From Chitinophagaceae bacterium (lineage in GTDB: Bacteria > Bacteroidota > Bacteroidia > Chitinophagales > Chitinophagaceae): a stretch of DNA of 59,397 nt. The stretch lies in NCBI GenBank assembly GCA_017998385.1, contig JAGODE010000001.1, forward strand, positions 26,457 to 85,853. The letters are read 5' to 3'. The notes under the pieces are model-generated. The model had not been told where the DNA came from. It ran no database searches and saw nothing but the letters and a program-made list of their open reading frames with translations. A program made the position numbers and the translations under genes. Shown here one piece after another: positions 28,583 through 37,438 of this stretch. Positions within the stretch are counted from its first letter, which is position 1, and the number at the start of each line of letters is the position of its first letter.

Positions 28583-30076
28583 ATGCAGAAACTTGTGATT
28601 GCATTTTGTGTGCTCTGCTTTACCGGATGCAGTTCGGCCAGGCTGTCTGTGTCTCCTGCAAAAAAATACAGTCCCGATGTATTGCAGCATGATTATGCGG
28701 TATACCGTCGGGTGCTGGAGCAGGCACATCCCGGCCTATACTGGTATACTTCGCGCGATAGTATGAATCGTTTCTTTGACTGGGGTGCAGCACAGCTTAC
28801 CGATTCACTCACAGAACCTCAGTTTCGCCGCATACTGAGTTATGTAACATCAAAGATCAATTGCGGACATACCACTGTACGTCCCTCCAAGGGCTATGAG
28901 CGGTATTCCGATACAGCGCGTATATCACGCATCTTTCCACTCAGTTTAAAATTATGGGACGATACCTGCGTGGTAGCCGGCAATCTTAACCGGCGCGATT
29001 CTGTCTTGCTGCGGGGCGTGCAGATTACAGGGATCAATGGCCTCAGTATTCCGGTCATTGTCGACAGTCTTTTCCAGTTTCTGTCGACCGATGGTTACAA
29101 CAGGACACATAAATATCAAACGCTGAGCAACCGTGGTTTCTTCGGCTCATTCTACAGTACTATTTTCGGCTACTCCGGCCAGTATGCGATCGATTATACA
29201 GACAGCCTGGGACGGCCGGGAAAAACCATGATCCGGCCTTTTGTTCCTGTACGTGATACAACAGCCCGGCGACCTCCGGCAACGGTGCGGCCACCGAAAC
29301 CCAGCCGGCGCGACCGGAAAAATATGCGACGCAACGCTGTACGGTTACTGAAAATAGATAGCAGCAGTCATGTAGCTATGATGGACCTCCAGTCATTTAG
29401 CCGTGGCTATGGATTGAAAGCATTTTACCGCCGGTCGTTTCGTGCATTGAAAAAAAATAAGATCACTCATCTCATCATCGACGTACGCGGCAATGGTGGC
29501 GGAAGTGTCAGCAACAGCACAGCTATTACCCGTTATATCAGCAGTGCCCCGTTTAAAATAGCCGATACGCTTTATGCGGTTGCCAAACACAAAAAATACA
29601 GCCGCTATATCCAAAACGATTTTTTTAACCGGCTCTTCATCACTTTCTTCACGCGCCGCAAACGCGATGGTAATTACCATTTTGGCTATTTTGAACGGCA
29701 TCGCTTCAAGCCAAAGAAAAAAAATCATTTCGATGGTAAGACCTACATTTTAACCGGAGGTAATTCTTTTTCGGCAACAACCCTGTTTGCCGGAGCCTTG
29801 CGGCCACAGGAAAATGTAACCCTCATTGGCGAAGAAACAGGTGGGGGTGCCTATGGCAACTCTGCCTGGCTTATTCCGGATGTGACGCTGCCCAAAACAA
29901 AAGTGCGCTTCCGATTACCCCTTTTCAGACTCGTTATTAATAAAGATATTCCAAAAAACGGCCGGGGTGTGCAACCCGAAATCTACTCGGGGCCCAGCAT
30001 AGATGCGGTAAAAAAAGGTGCGGATTACAAGCTCGATAAGGCGCTGGAACTGATTAATGAAGACAAGAAGAAGTAA
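28583..30076 (+). CDS. S41 family peptidase, lipoprotein
   Basis: Lipobox FTGC. IIDVRGNGGGS and GGNSFSATT are typical of the S41 catalytic region. Confidence 0.8.
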   Translation: MQKLVIAFCVLCFTGCSSARLSVSPAKKYSPDVLQHDYAVYRRVLEQAHPGLYWYTSRDSMNRFFDWGAAQLTDSLTEPQFRRILSYVTSKINCGHTTVRPSKGYERYSDTARISRIFPLSLKLWDDTCVVAGNLNRRDSVLLRGVQITGINGLSIPVIVDSLFQFLSTDGYNRTHKYQTLSNRGFFGSFYSTIFGYSGQYAIDYTDSLGRPGKTMIRPFVPVRDTTARRPPATVRPPKPSRRDRKNMRRNAVRLLKIDSSSHVAMMDLQSFSRGYGLKAFYRRSFRALKKNKITHLIIDVRGNGGGSVSNSTAITRYISSAPFKIADTLYAVAKHKKYSRYIQNDFFNRLFITFFTRRKRDGNYHFGYFERHRFKPKKKNHFDGKTYILTGGNSFSATTLFAGALRPQENVTLIGEETGGGAYGNSAWLIPDVTLPKTKVRFRLPLFRLVINKDIPKNGRGVQPEIYSGPSIDAVKKGADYKLDKALELINEDKKK

Positions 30077-30160
30077 TGTGCTAATGATTTGAAGATTTGA
30101 AGATGGGGGACGGCAATGTGCTAATGTGATGAATGTGCTAGTGTGCTAATAATTGGAAGA
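30075..30160 (+). repeat. Block of GTGCTAATG and TTTGAAGATGG motifs, same family as 1-233
   Basis: GCTAATGTGATGAATGTGCTAGTGTGC at 30120-30146 matches GCTAATGTGATAAATGTGCTAATGTGG at 102-128 at 24 of 27 positions. TTTGAAGATTTGAAGATGG lies at 30088-30105. Confidence 0.8.
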
Positions 30161-30231
30161 TGGCAGGACGTTCTTTGCCTCTGCCTTTCACCCTCCACTA
30201 TTTACCTACTAAAATCGCTATTTCCCTGCCT

Positions 30232-30460
30232 TATTCAGATCGCGAAGAACGCAAAGCAGGCTAAGGACGCAAAGGCCATTAGCACACTGGCATATTAACC
30301 CATCAGCACATTCGTCTATTCAGATCGCGAAGAACGCAACGCAGGCTAAGGACGCAAAGGGCCATTAGCACACTGGCACATTAGCACATTCGTCTATTCA
30401 GATCGCAAAGAACGCAACGCAGGCTAAGGACGCAAAGGGCCATTAGCACATTCGCCTATT
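30232..30460. repeat. Three tandem units (85, 78 and ~62 bp) carrying the inverted motif CATTAGCAC
   Basis: TATTCAGATCGCGAAGAACGCAA.GCAGGCTAAGGACGCAAAGG(G)CCATTAGCACA restarts at 30232, 30317 and 30395. Confidence 0.85.
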
Positions 30461-30494
30461 TTTTCTCCACCCTTTACCTAATACTTAATACTCA

Positions 30495-31307
30495 CTACTT
30501 ATCACTTATAATAAACCCATCGGCGTCTTTCCAGAAAGGGAGTTTGCTGCGCACTTCTTCGAGTGCTGCCTTTTGCAGTGTAATAGTGAATACATCTTCG
30601 GCCTCTTCCTTTGTATACAGTATTTCACCTAAAGGATCCACTACCATGCTGTTTCCGCTATGCTCTATTCCGTTGCCGTCTTTTCCCACACGATTCACGC
30701 CCACTACAAATGCCTGATTTTCGATAGCGCGGGCCTGCAGCAGAGTTTTCCAGGCATGAATACGACGATTGGGCCAGTTGGCCACATAAATAAGCGCATC
30801 ATACTCCGGTGATGAGCCTGCCGCTGACTGGCGTGCCCACACGGGAAAACGCAGATCGTAACAGATCAGCAAATTGATCTTCCATCCTTTTACAGAAGCA
30901 ATCAGACGCTTCTGGCCCGCTGTATAATACATATCTTCTCCGGCATAGGCAAAACGATGGCGTTTATCATAAACGCCCATCTGTCCATTGGGCAGCATCC
31001 AGATCAGGCGATTGAAATAATGAGGCTTCTCTGCACCTGCCGGGGTGTCTTCAATAATCACACTTCCTGTAAGAATAATACGGCATTCTGCCGCCAGCTT
31101 TTTCATCCATTGCACGGTAGGCCCATCCATCGTCTCTGCCAGCGACTCAGGGCGCATACTAAACCCGGTACTGAACATTTCAGGCAGCACTACCAGTTCT
31201 GTTTTACCGGCCAGCGGGCGGATTTTTTGTTCCAGCTGCTGCAGATTGGCGGCCTTATCTTCCCAGGCCAGGTCGGTTTGTATAAGTGTAATGGTAAGCG
31301 AGGACAT
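30495..31307 (-). CDS. Carbon-nitrogen hydrolase (nitrilase superfamily; omega-amidase YafV-like)
   Basis: Catalytic triad context: VLPEMF (Glu), a mid-protein Lys region, and LICYDLRFP (Cys). Confidence 0.85.
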   Translation of the reverse strand: MSSLTITLIQTDLAWEDKAANLQQLEQKIRPLAGKTELVVLPEMFSTGFSMRPESLAETMDGPTVQWMKKLAAECRIILTGSVIIEDTPAGAEKPHYFNRLIWMLPNGQMGVYDKRHRFAYAGEDMYYTAGQKRLIASVKGWKINLLICYDLRFPVWARQSAAGSSPEYDALIYVANWPNRRIHAWKTLLQARAIENQAFVVGVNRVGKDGNGIEHSGNSMVVDPLGEILYTKEEAEDVFTITLQKAALEEVRSKLPFWKDADGFIISDK

Positions 31308-31312
31308 ATCTT

Positions 31313-31810
31313 TTACTCCTTTGTCTCTTTTTTGGTGTTGGTCAGGGCCGCAATAGCTGCATTTACCAGCTCTGGTTCATAGCCTTTCTGAATCAGGTAA
31401 TCGATGGTTTTCTTTTTTCGTACCAGGTACTGGTCTCCCTTCAGCAATGCATATTTCGAAGTAGCCAGTTGCTGCAGGGTTTGCAAATAGACCGGCTCTT
31501 CTATCTGCCGCAATGCCTTGCGGATACTGTAGTCGCTGACCTGCCGTTGTTTCAATTCATATTTGATGCGCACACGGCCCCATTGTTTCATTCTGAATTT
31601 GCCTCCGGCAAAAGCAATGGCAAAACGTTCTTCGTTGAGGTAATTTTCTTCAATAAGTGTGGCAATTATAGCATCATGATCCTTTTTCCACACACCCAGG
31701 TTAAACAATTTGTCGCGTACTTCGCTATGGCTGCGCTCCTGGTAAGCACAATAATGCTTCAGCTTCTGCAAAGCCTGCTCAGGAGTGAGTTGTTTACGGA
31801 ATACGGCCAT
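31313..31810 (-). CDS. recX: Regulatory protein RecX
   Basis: 165 aa. YCAYQERSHSEVRDKL...LIEENYLNEERFA is the RecX helical repeat pattern. Confidence 0.8.
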   Translation of the reverse strand: MAVFRKQLTPEQALQKLKHYCAYQERSHSEVRDKLFNLGVWKKDHDAIIATLIEENYLNEERFAIAFAGGKFRMKQWGRVRIKYELKQRQVSDYSIRKALRQIEEPVYLQTLQQLATSKYALLKGDQYLVRKKKTIDYLIQKGYEPELVNAAIAALTNTKKETKE

Positions 31811-31819
31811 TTTGCAAAG

Positions 31820-32920
31820 TTACTCTTCCAGTCTGTCACGGCATTCAAATTCCTTTTTAAGGTAATCATCATAATAGTCGGCCTGTGTAAAGAGGTTACG
31901 GAATGCGGCGAGACCACTTTCCTTTGTCATATCCATATCATACATTACTGCACTCAGGATGATGTCCTGCTTCATGCAACTAAGCACCAGGCCACGCACG
32001 CGAAAGTTTTCCTGGAGCAAAAACTGGTAAAGAGATTTTATATTGGCCGGATTTGCCGGCATCTGACACAGGTAGGCATCGCCGGTTACGAAATAGTTTT
32101 CGGGGTTATAAGTGATTTTGATTGTGGCGGATCCTTCTTTTACCGACCAGTGATTGGTGCCTTCACGTGCCAGCCGCACATTTTTTCCCAGCTCCTTCAG
32201 AATTTCTTCTATCATAAGCGCTGCGCCCACGGGTGGCAGTTCTTTTTCGGGCAGTTCCGGCAGTTTTACTTCGGTGCCGCAGCTCGGACAGTAGCGGGCA
32301 GAGTCTATCGTATCGCCCGTTACGAGAAAGCCGCAGCTGTGGCAGCGGGTAGATGCCTGGCCGCGGTGCGGCAGGTACAGGCGCAAAGCCTCCTGCAGGT
32401 AGCTAACAGGCAGCGCAAAGCCCAGGTTGTCTCCGCCACGAATAGCCAGTGAGTTTACGCCGATTATCTCCCCGGCATCATTCACCAGGGGGCCTCCGCT
32501 ATTGCCGGGATTGATAGCCGCATCTACCTGTATATATTTAAGACCATCGCGTATACGGTCTACCTTGGAGATCACTCCCTGTGTAACGGTATAGTTAAGC
32601 CCATAAGGATGCCCTATGGCCAGTACACGGTCGCCATCTTTGAGCGTTTCATAGGAGCCCAGCCGCACATCGGGCCACTCATGCAGACCCGGCGCTTCCA
32701 GAAAAGCAAGGTCATGCTTGCGATCGGTATACCAGACCCTGGCCAGGGTTTTTTCCATCAGTTTGCCGGCAATGGTGACCTCGGCATTGTTGTCTACAAC
32801 ATGGTCGTTGGTAACAATCAGGTTATATTCTTTCAGAAAAAAGCCGGTACCTGTACCCGTTTGTGTCGCAATCTGTATAATGGCTTTCTGGTATTGCTCA
32901 ATGATCTGCTGTGGATCCAT
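31820..32920 (-). CDS. Trypsin-like (S1C) serine peptidase fused to a zinc ribbon and a YbjN-like C-terminal domain
   Basis: Triad contexts TNDHV, DLAFL and GNSGGPL. The zinc ribbon is CHSCG...CPSCG. The C-terminal ~130 aa resemble the YbjN/T3SS-chaperone-like fold by pattern only. Confidence 0.75.
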   Translation of the reverse strand: MDPQQIIEQYQKAIIQIATQTGTGTGFFLKEYNLIVTNDHVVDNNAEVTIAGKLMEKTLARVWYTDRKHDLAFLEAPGLHEWPDVRLGSYETLKDGDRVLAIGHPYGLNYTVTQGVISKVDRIRDGLKYIQVDAAINPGNSGGPLVNDAGEIIGVNSLAIRGGDNLGFALPVSYLQEALRLYLPHRGQASTRCHSCGFLVTGDTIDSARYCPSCGTEVKLPELPEKELPPVGAALMIEEILKELGKNVRLAREGTNHWSVKEGSATIKITYNPENYFVTGDAYLCQMPANPANIKSLYQFLLQENFRVRGLVLSCMKQDIILSAVMYDMDMTKESGLAAFRNLFTQADYYDDYLKKEFECRDRLEE

Positions 32921-32930
32921 AGGTGTACAC

Positions 32931-34256
32931 TTACTTATTTTCCATATTTAAAAACTCCAGTTCTGTCGTGAAAGTCTGATTAAAATTGACCAGGCTGTCA
33001 AACCGCAGGTTCTGTGTCTTGAAATCCATCAATGGAAATTTTTCTTTCCATTGTTCCTGAATATTCCGGATACGATCAAGGATGGCATCGCTGTCAAACC
33101 GGTTAGTGGCCGCATCGTAATATTGTTTCTTATATCCCAGCGCACTGAAATAAGGCGCATAATTGATTTCCATGTAGAAATGAAAAAGATCCGTTATAAC
33201 GCGGGGCAGGCTATAGGAATACTGGCAGTAGGCGATTCCATATTCTATAACCTGGCTGGCTACCTGTGGGTAGCCGTTATCGCGGTACCAGATCATGCTC
33301 TGGTTGGCGGCATGTATAGAGTCTGCAATCGCCTTATGGGTTTGGGGCGCTACTATCGAAAAAGTGTACCGAGAGCGAAAAAGGTACTGGTAAATGTCTT
33401 CGCGGCTACGGTTTTGCAGCTTACGAAGCTCTTCCAGCATGTCGCGGTTCTTTTCGGTAGGCTGGCGGTCGTCTTTGCGGAAATAGATGCCGGCAATCTT
33501 TTCCAGCTCATTCAGCAGGTTGCCTTCGGGGGTTATCAGGTAATCGATCCGGTAAATAAGGGAGAGCAGCATATAAGATATACCGCCGGCAAACTTATCG
33601 GCATCGAGGCTGGCAGCCAGTTCGAGTGTTTCCGCTATCCATTTTTGTAAAAAGTCGTACTTCACTGCCTTTTCTGCATCGGCAATAATCTGCACATGGT
33701 CGCTGTCTGACGACTGGAGACCAGCAAAATCCTGCACCAGCAGATCGTCCTGCTTATCGGCCTTAGTAGAAAGCTCTTTGAGGCCGTGATACAGCTTGCT
33801 GGGTCCGGCGCTGGCAAGTGTGCTGTCAAAGCGCATACAAAGCCGGTCATCATCAAGTGCAAAGCGGGTATAACGCAGGCTGAAATTCATTTCCAGCAGG
33901 CGACGCATCACAGGCACCGAAGCCTGGGGCATACGGGCCAGCGTTACTTCGGCCAGCAACTGGTCCTGGTCAAAACGTCCGCGTACAATTTTAGATCCCT
34001 GGTAAAGGGAAAAACTGCCGGCATCGCCCAGCCGCTCATAGCGCACGTTTTGCACCCTGTCGTCTGCCAGGTAATCAAAAAATGCATCGAAGGCCAGTCC
34101 ATACTGGCCGGCCTTGAAATGATTTTCCGCATCGGTCCAGCGGTTTACCTTGGCAACCGGTTTATTATTGTCCGAATAACGGCCAAAAGGTAACTGGGGC
34201 GACTGTTCCGTTTTTTTTCTGTTCCAACCGAAGAGCTTATCCAACATGAAAAACAA
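32931..34256 (-). CDS. Hypothetical protein, 441 aa, with a possible YbjN-like N-terminal domain
   Basis: Uninterrupted ORF, 10 nt upstream of and co-directional with the protease gene. No catalytic motif recognised. Confidence 0.6.
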   Translation of the reverse strand: MFFMLDKLFGWNRKKTEQSPQLPFGRYSDNNKPVAKVNRWTDAENHFKAGQYGLAFDAFFDYLADDRVQNVRYERLGDAGSFSLYQGSKIVRGRFDQDQLLAEVTLARMPQASVPVMRRLLEMNFSLRYTRFALDDDRLCMRFDSTLASAGPSKLYHGLKELSTKADKQDDLLVQDFAGLQSSDSDHVQIIADAEKAVKYDFLQKWIAETLELAASLDADKFAGGISYMLLSLIYRIDYLITPEGNLLNELEKIAGIYFRKDDRQPTEKNRDMLEELRKLQNRSREDIYQYLFRSRYTFSIVAPQTHKAIADSIHAANQSMIWYRDNGYPQVASQVIEYGIAYCQYSYSLPRVITDLFHFYMEINYAPYFSALGYKKQYYDAATNRFDSDAILDRIRNIQEQWKEKFPLMDFKTQNLRFDSLVNFNQTFTTELEFLNMENK

Positions 34257-34385
34257 AAAGTTTGAGCGCCTGAAAGATACAAAAGATGCGGGTTTTAAGG
34301 AGGTTCCGGCCAGATTGGAATGAGCCCGGCCGAAATATTGTGCCTACCGTAAAAATCAGTAGTTTCGCCCCAAACGAATTCTACG

Positions 34386-35501
34386 ATGAAGTTTATTGTA
34401 TCATCTTCTTCTCTTCTGAAACAACTGCAGCATATAGCCGGTGTTATTAATGCCAATACGGTGCTTCCCATCCTGGAAGATTTTCTGTTTGAGGTCGAAA
34501 AAAACAAGCTTACGGTAGTCGCCACTGACCTGGAAACCGTAATGCGTATACAGCTCGACATTGAAGCCAGGGAAAGTGGCAAAGTTTGTATTCCCGCACG
34601 TATCCTTATCGACTCGCTCAAAAACATTCCTGATCAGCCGCTTACTTTCAATATTGACAAAAACTTCGGTATTGAAATCACCAGCGACAATGGTAAGTAT
34701 AAGGTAATGGGCGAAAATCCCGATAATTTCCCCAAAGAACCTGCTGCTGACGATACCACATCCTTTACTATTACAGCTTCTGCGCTCATTACAGCTATCA
34801 ATAAGACCCTGTTTGCCACGAGCAACGACGATCTGCGTCCTGCCATGACCGGGGTATTTTTTGAACTGGATAAAAACGGATTGCAGTTTGTGGCCACCGA
34901 TGCGCACCGCCTGGTACGTTACAAACGCAAGGATGTAAGCGGCCCCCGTTCCGACAATTTCATTGTTCCCCGCAAGCCCCTTAACCTGCTTAAAGCAGCG
35001 ATTCCGGCCAATGAAGATGAGCTTACTCTCAGCTACAACAATAATCACCTGTTTGTAAAACACGGTACTACGCAAATGAGCTGTCGCCTTATTGACGCCC
35101 GTTTCCCCGATTACAAAGTGGTGATCCCCGCCGATAACCCTTACCGTCTTACCGTAGGCAAGAGCGATTTTCAAAGTGCCTTGCGCCGGGTAAGCATTTT
35201 CAGCAATAAAAGCACCAACCAGGTTGCGCTGAGCATCAGTGGCAGTGAACTGCAGCTGGCCGCCCAGGATGTTGACTTCAGCTTTGAGGGCAATGAGCGT
35301 ATGAAATGCCAGTACAATGGTGAAGACCTGGTTATTGCCTTCAACGCCAAATTCCTGATCGAAATGCTATCGGCCGCTGATAGTGATGAAGTAAATGTAG
35401 AATTAAGCACTTCTACAAAAGCCGGCCTTATCAAGCCCGTAGAGCAGGACGAAAATGAAGATTTGCTGATGCTGGTAATGCCGCTGATGCTGAATCAATA
35501 A
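34386..35501 (+). CDS. dnaN: DNA polymerase III subunit beta (sliding clamp)
   Basis: MKFIVSSSSLLKQLQHIAGVINANTVLPILEDFLFEV, a length of 371 aa and the C-terminal LMLVMPLML are all typical of DnaN. Confidence 0.95.
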   Translation: MKFIVSSSSLLKQLQHIAGVINANTVLPILEDFLFEVEKNKLTVVATDLETVMRIQLDIEARESGKVCIPARILIDSLKNIPDQPLTFNIDKNFGIEITSDNGKYKVMGENPDNFPKEPAADDTTSFTITASALITAINKTLFATSNDDLRPAMTGVFFELDKNGLQFVATDAHRLVRYKRKDVSGPRSDNFIVPRKPLNLLKAAIPANEDELTLSYNNNHLFVKHGTTQMSCRLIDARFPDYKVVIPADNPYRLTVGKSDFQSALRRVSIFSNKSTNQVALSISGSELQLAAQDVDFSFEGNERMKCQYNGEDLVIAFNAKFLIEMLSAADSDEVNVELSTSTKAGLIKPVEQDENEDLLMLVMPLMLNQ

Positions 35502-35526
35502 TCGTTCTTACGTTAAAAATAACAGG

Positions 35527-35554
35527 AGCTTTCCCCAAAAGGAAAGCTTTTTTA
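35527..35554 (+). terminator. Intrinsic terminator after dnaN
   Basis: AGCTTTCC-CCAAAA-GGAAAGCT followed by a T-run. Confidence 0.7.
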
Positions 35555-35581
35555 TTACATTCATATGAAAACATATGCGCT

Positions 35582-35800
35582 ATGAAATTTGAACTCCTGT
35601 ATAGTTTTGACAATTATGTATCTGCACATATAGCACTGGGCAGATTGCAGAATGAGGGAATCGACTGCTATCTCGTTGATGAGCATTCCGCCACCATTAC
35701 ACCCTATCTCTCCAATGCGCTTGGCGGCATCAAACTGATGGTGGACCAGAGCAAGACGGAAGAAGCCATCGCTTTATTAGCTGAGACTGCAAGTGAATGA
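35582..35800 (+). CDS. DUF2007-like small protein (putative signal-transducing fold)
   Basis: 72 aa. The pattern A.I....L...GI.C.L.DE......P.......I.L.V is typical of DUF2007. Confidence 0.6.
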   Translation: MKFELLYSFDNYVSAHIALGRLQNEGIDCYLVDEHSATITPYLSNALGGIKLMVDQSKTEEAIALLAETASE

Positions 35801-35866
35801 CTGGGCTATTTATAACTTGCCCTTTCCCGTTTTCCTTCGTAACTTTTGCATCAATTGCTGCCTTGT

Positions 35867-36691
35867 ATGTGGGATCACCTCATTCATTATTTTGAAAACC
35901 TGGAAACGCGCCCGGTGGAGCGAATGGCCATCCTGGTAGGGGGCCTTCTTTTTTTCTGGATCATAGAAGGAGCTATTCCGCTTTTCCCGCTTCAGTACAA
36001 ACGACGTAAGATCAACCACGCGCTGGTCAATTTTGGCTTTACGGTCATCCATCTGATCATTCACACGATCCTGGCCATTTTTATTGTGAAATTGTCTGAC
36101 TGGTGCCGGGCTCAGGATTTTGGTCTTGTATACTGGACCGGTGCCGGCGTTGGCCTCACTATTCTTATTGGTGTACTGGCGCTTGATTTCAGCAGCTGGC
36201 TCGTACACTGGGTCATGCATAAAAACCGGCTGTTATGGCGCTTTCACCTGGTGCATCACAGCGATAATAAAGTAGATGTAACAACAGGATTGCGTCACCA
36301 CCCGGGCGATAGCCTGTTGCGCGGTATTTTCTTTTTACTGCTGATCTTTATTTCCGGTGCACCCATGTACAGTGTAATGATCTATCAAACGCTGGTGGTA
36401 TTTGCCACAGCATTTACACATGCGAATATCCGGCTGCCTCAAAAGCTGGATTATGTGCTGAGCTTTATTCTCATTTCTCCCAATATGCACAAGGTGCACC
36501 ATCACTGGAAGCAGCCTTTTACAGACAGTAATTATGGCGCCGTTTTTTCTATCTGGGACCGGTTGCTGGGTACATTCCGCAAGCTTGACCCTAAAGAGAT
36601 TCGTTATGGGCTTGACCGTTATTATCCTAATGAAAAAGATGAAGACTTTATAGCTCTCCTGAAAAAGCCTTTTCAAAAACTGGAGCCCTGA
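35867..36691 (+). CDS. Sterol desaturase / fatty acid hydroxylase family protein
   Basis: Histidine boxes HWVMH, HLVHHSD and HKVHHH in a polytopic membrane protein. The ATG at 35867 is preferred over the TTG at 35846. Confidence 0.8.
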   Translation: MWDHLIHYFENLETRPVERMAILVGGLLFFWIIEGAIPLFPLQYKRRKINHALVNFGFTVIHLIIHTILAIFIVKLSDWCRAQDFGLVYWTGAGVGLTILIGVLALDFSSWLVHWVMHKNRLLWRFHLVHHSDNKVDVTTGLRHHPGDSLLRGIFFLLLIFISGAPMYSVMIYQTLVVFATAFTHANIRLPQKLDYVLSFILISPNMHKVHHHWKQPFTDSNYGAVFSIWDRLLGTFRKLDPKEIRYGLDRYYPNEKDEDFIALLKKPFQKLEP

Positions 36692-36705
36692 TTTGTTTTG
36701 AGGGT

Positions 36706-36713
36706 TAATTTTG
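36706..36713 (+). promoter_or_regulatory. -7 promoter box TAATTTTG, 4 nt before the kdsB start codon
   Basis: Exact TAnnTTTG; the ATG is at 36718. Confidence 0.4.
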
Positions 36714-36717
36714 CCGC

Positions 36718-37434
36718 ATGAAGATCATTGCCATGATTCCGGCGCGATATGCCGCCACCCGTTTTCCCGCCAAGCTGATGCAGATACTGGGTCATAAACC
36801 GGTAATCCGGCATACCTATGACGCTACTGTAGAAACAGGGCTTTTTGAAGAAGTATGGGTAGTTACAGACAGCACACTGATTTTTGATGAAATCACGAAG
36901 CATGGCGGCAAGGCCGTGATGAGTAAACGCGCGCATGAAAGCGGCAGTGATCGTATAGCAGAAGCTATTGCCGATATGGACGCAGACGTGGTGATCAATG
37001 TGCAGGGCGATGAGCCATTTATCCGTAAAGAACCCCTTGAAAAACTGGTACGCCTTTTTGATGACCCGGCGGTGCAGGTTGGCTCATTGATGCGGCGGAT
37101 CACTACACGCGCAGAGATTGAAAGCAGCAGTTGTGTAAAAGTGGTGGTTAATCAGAAAAAAGATGCGCTTTATTTCAGCCGTAGTGTAATTCCCTATCAT
37201 GCCAACCTGGAAGTGGCTGCCGCACATTATCTGCATATCGGCGTATATGGTTTCAGAAAAGAAACCCTGCTGCATTTTACGCAATGGCCGCAGAGCATAC
37301 TGGAGCAAACCGAAAAACTCGAGCAGCTCCGCTATCTCGATCATGGTGTGTCTATCCGTATGGCAGAAGTAGATTTTCTGAGTGTGGCCATTGATACGCC
37401 GGAAGATCTTGACAAAGCCCGCGGGCTGATCTGA
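36718..37434 (+). CDS. kdsB: 3-deoxy-manno-octulosonate cytidylyltransferase
   Basis: IIAMIPARYAATRFPAKLM, SGSDRIAEA and NVQGDEPF motifs. Confidence 0.9.
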   Translation: MKIIAMIPARYAATRFPAKLMQILGHKPVIRHTYDATVETGLFEEVWVVTDSTLIFDEITKHGGKAVMSKRAHESGSDRIAEAIADMDADVVINVQGDEPFIRKEPLEKLVRLFDDPAVQVGSLMRRITTRAEIESSSCVKVVVNQKKDALYFSRSVIPYHANLEVAAAHYLHIGVYGFRKETLLHFTQWPQSILEQTEKLEQLRYLDHGVSIRMAEVDFLSVAIDTPEDLDKARGLI

Positions 37435-37438
37435 AGAG

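Noticed and set aside
30232-30460. CRISPR array as an explanation for the regular repeats here and at 1-233.
   Set aside because: The units are directly tandem with no unique spacers, the periods (106 and 78-85 bp) are whole-unit reiterations, and there are no cas genes in the window.
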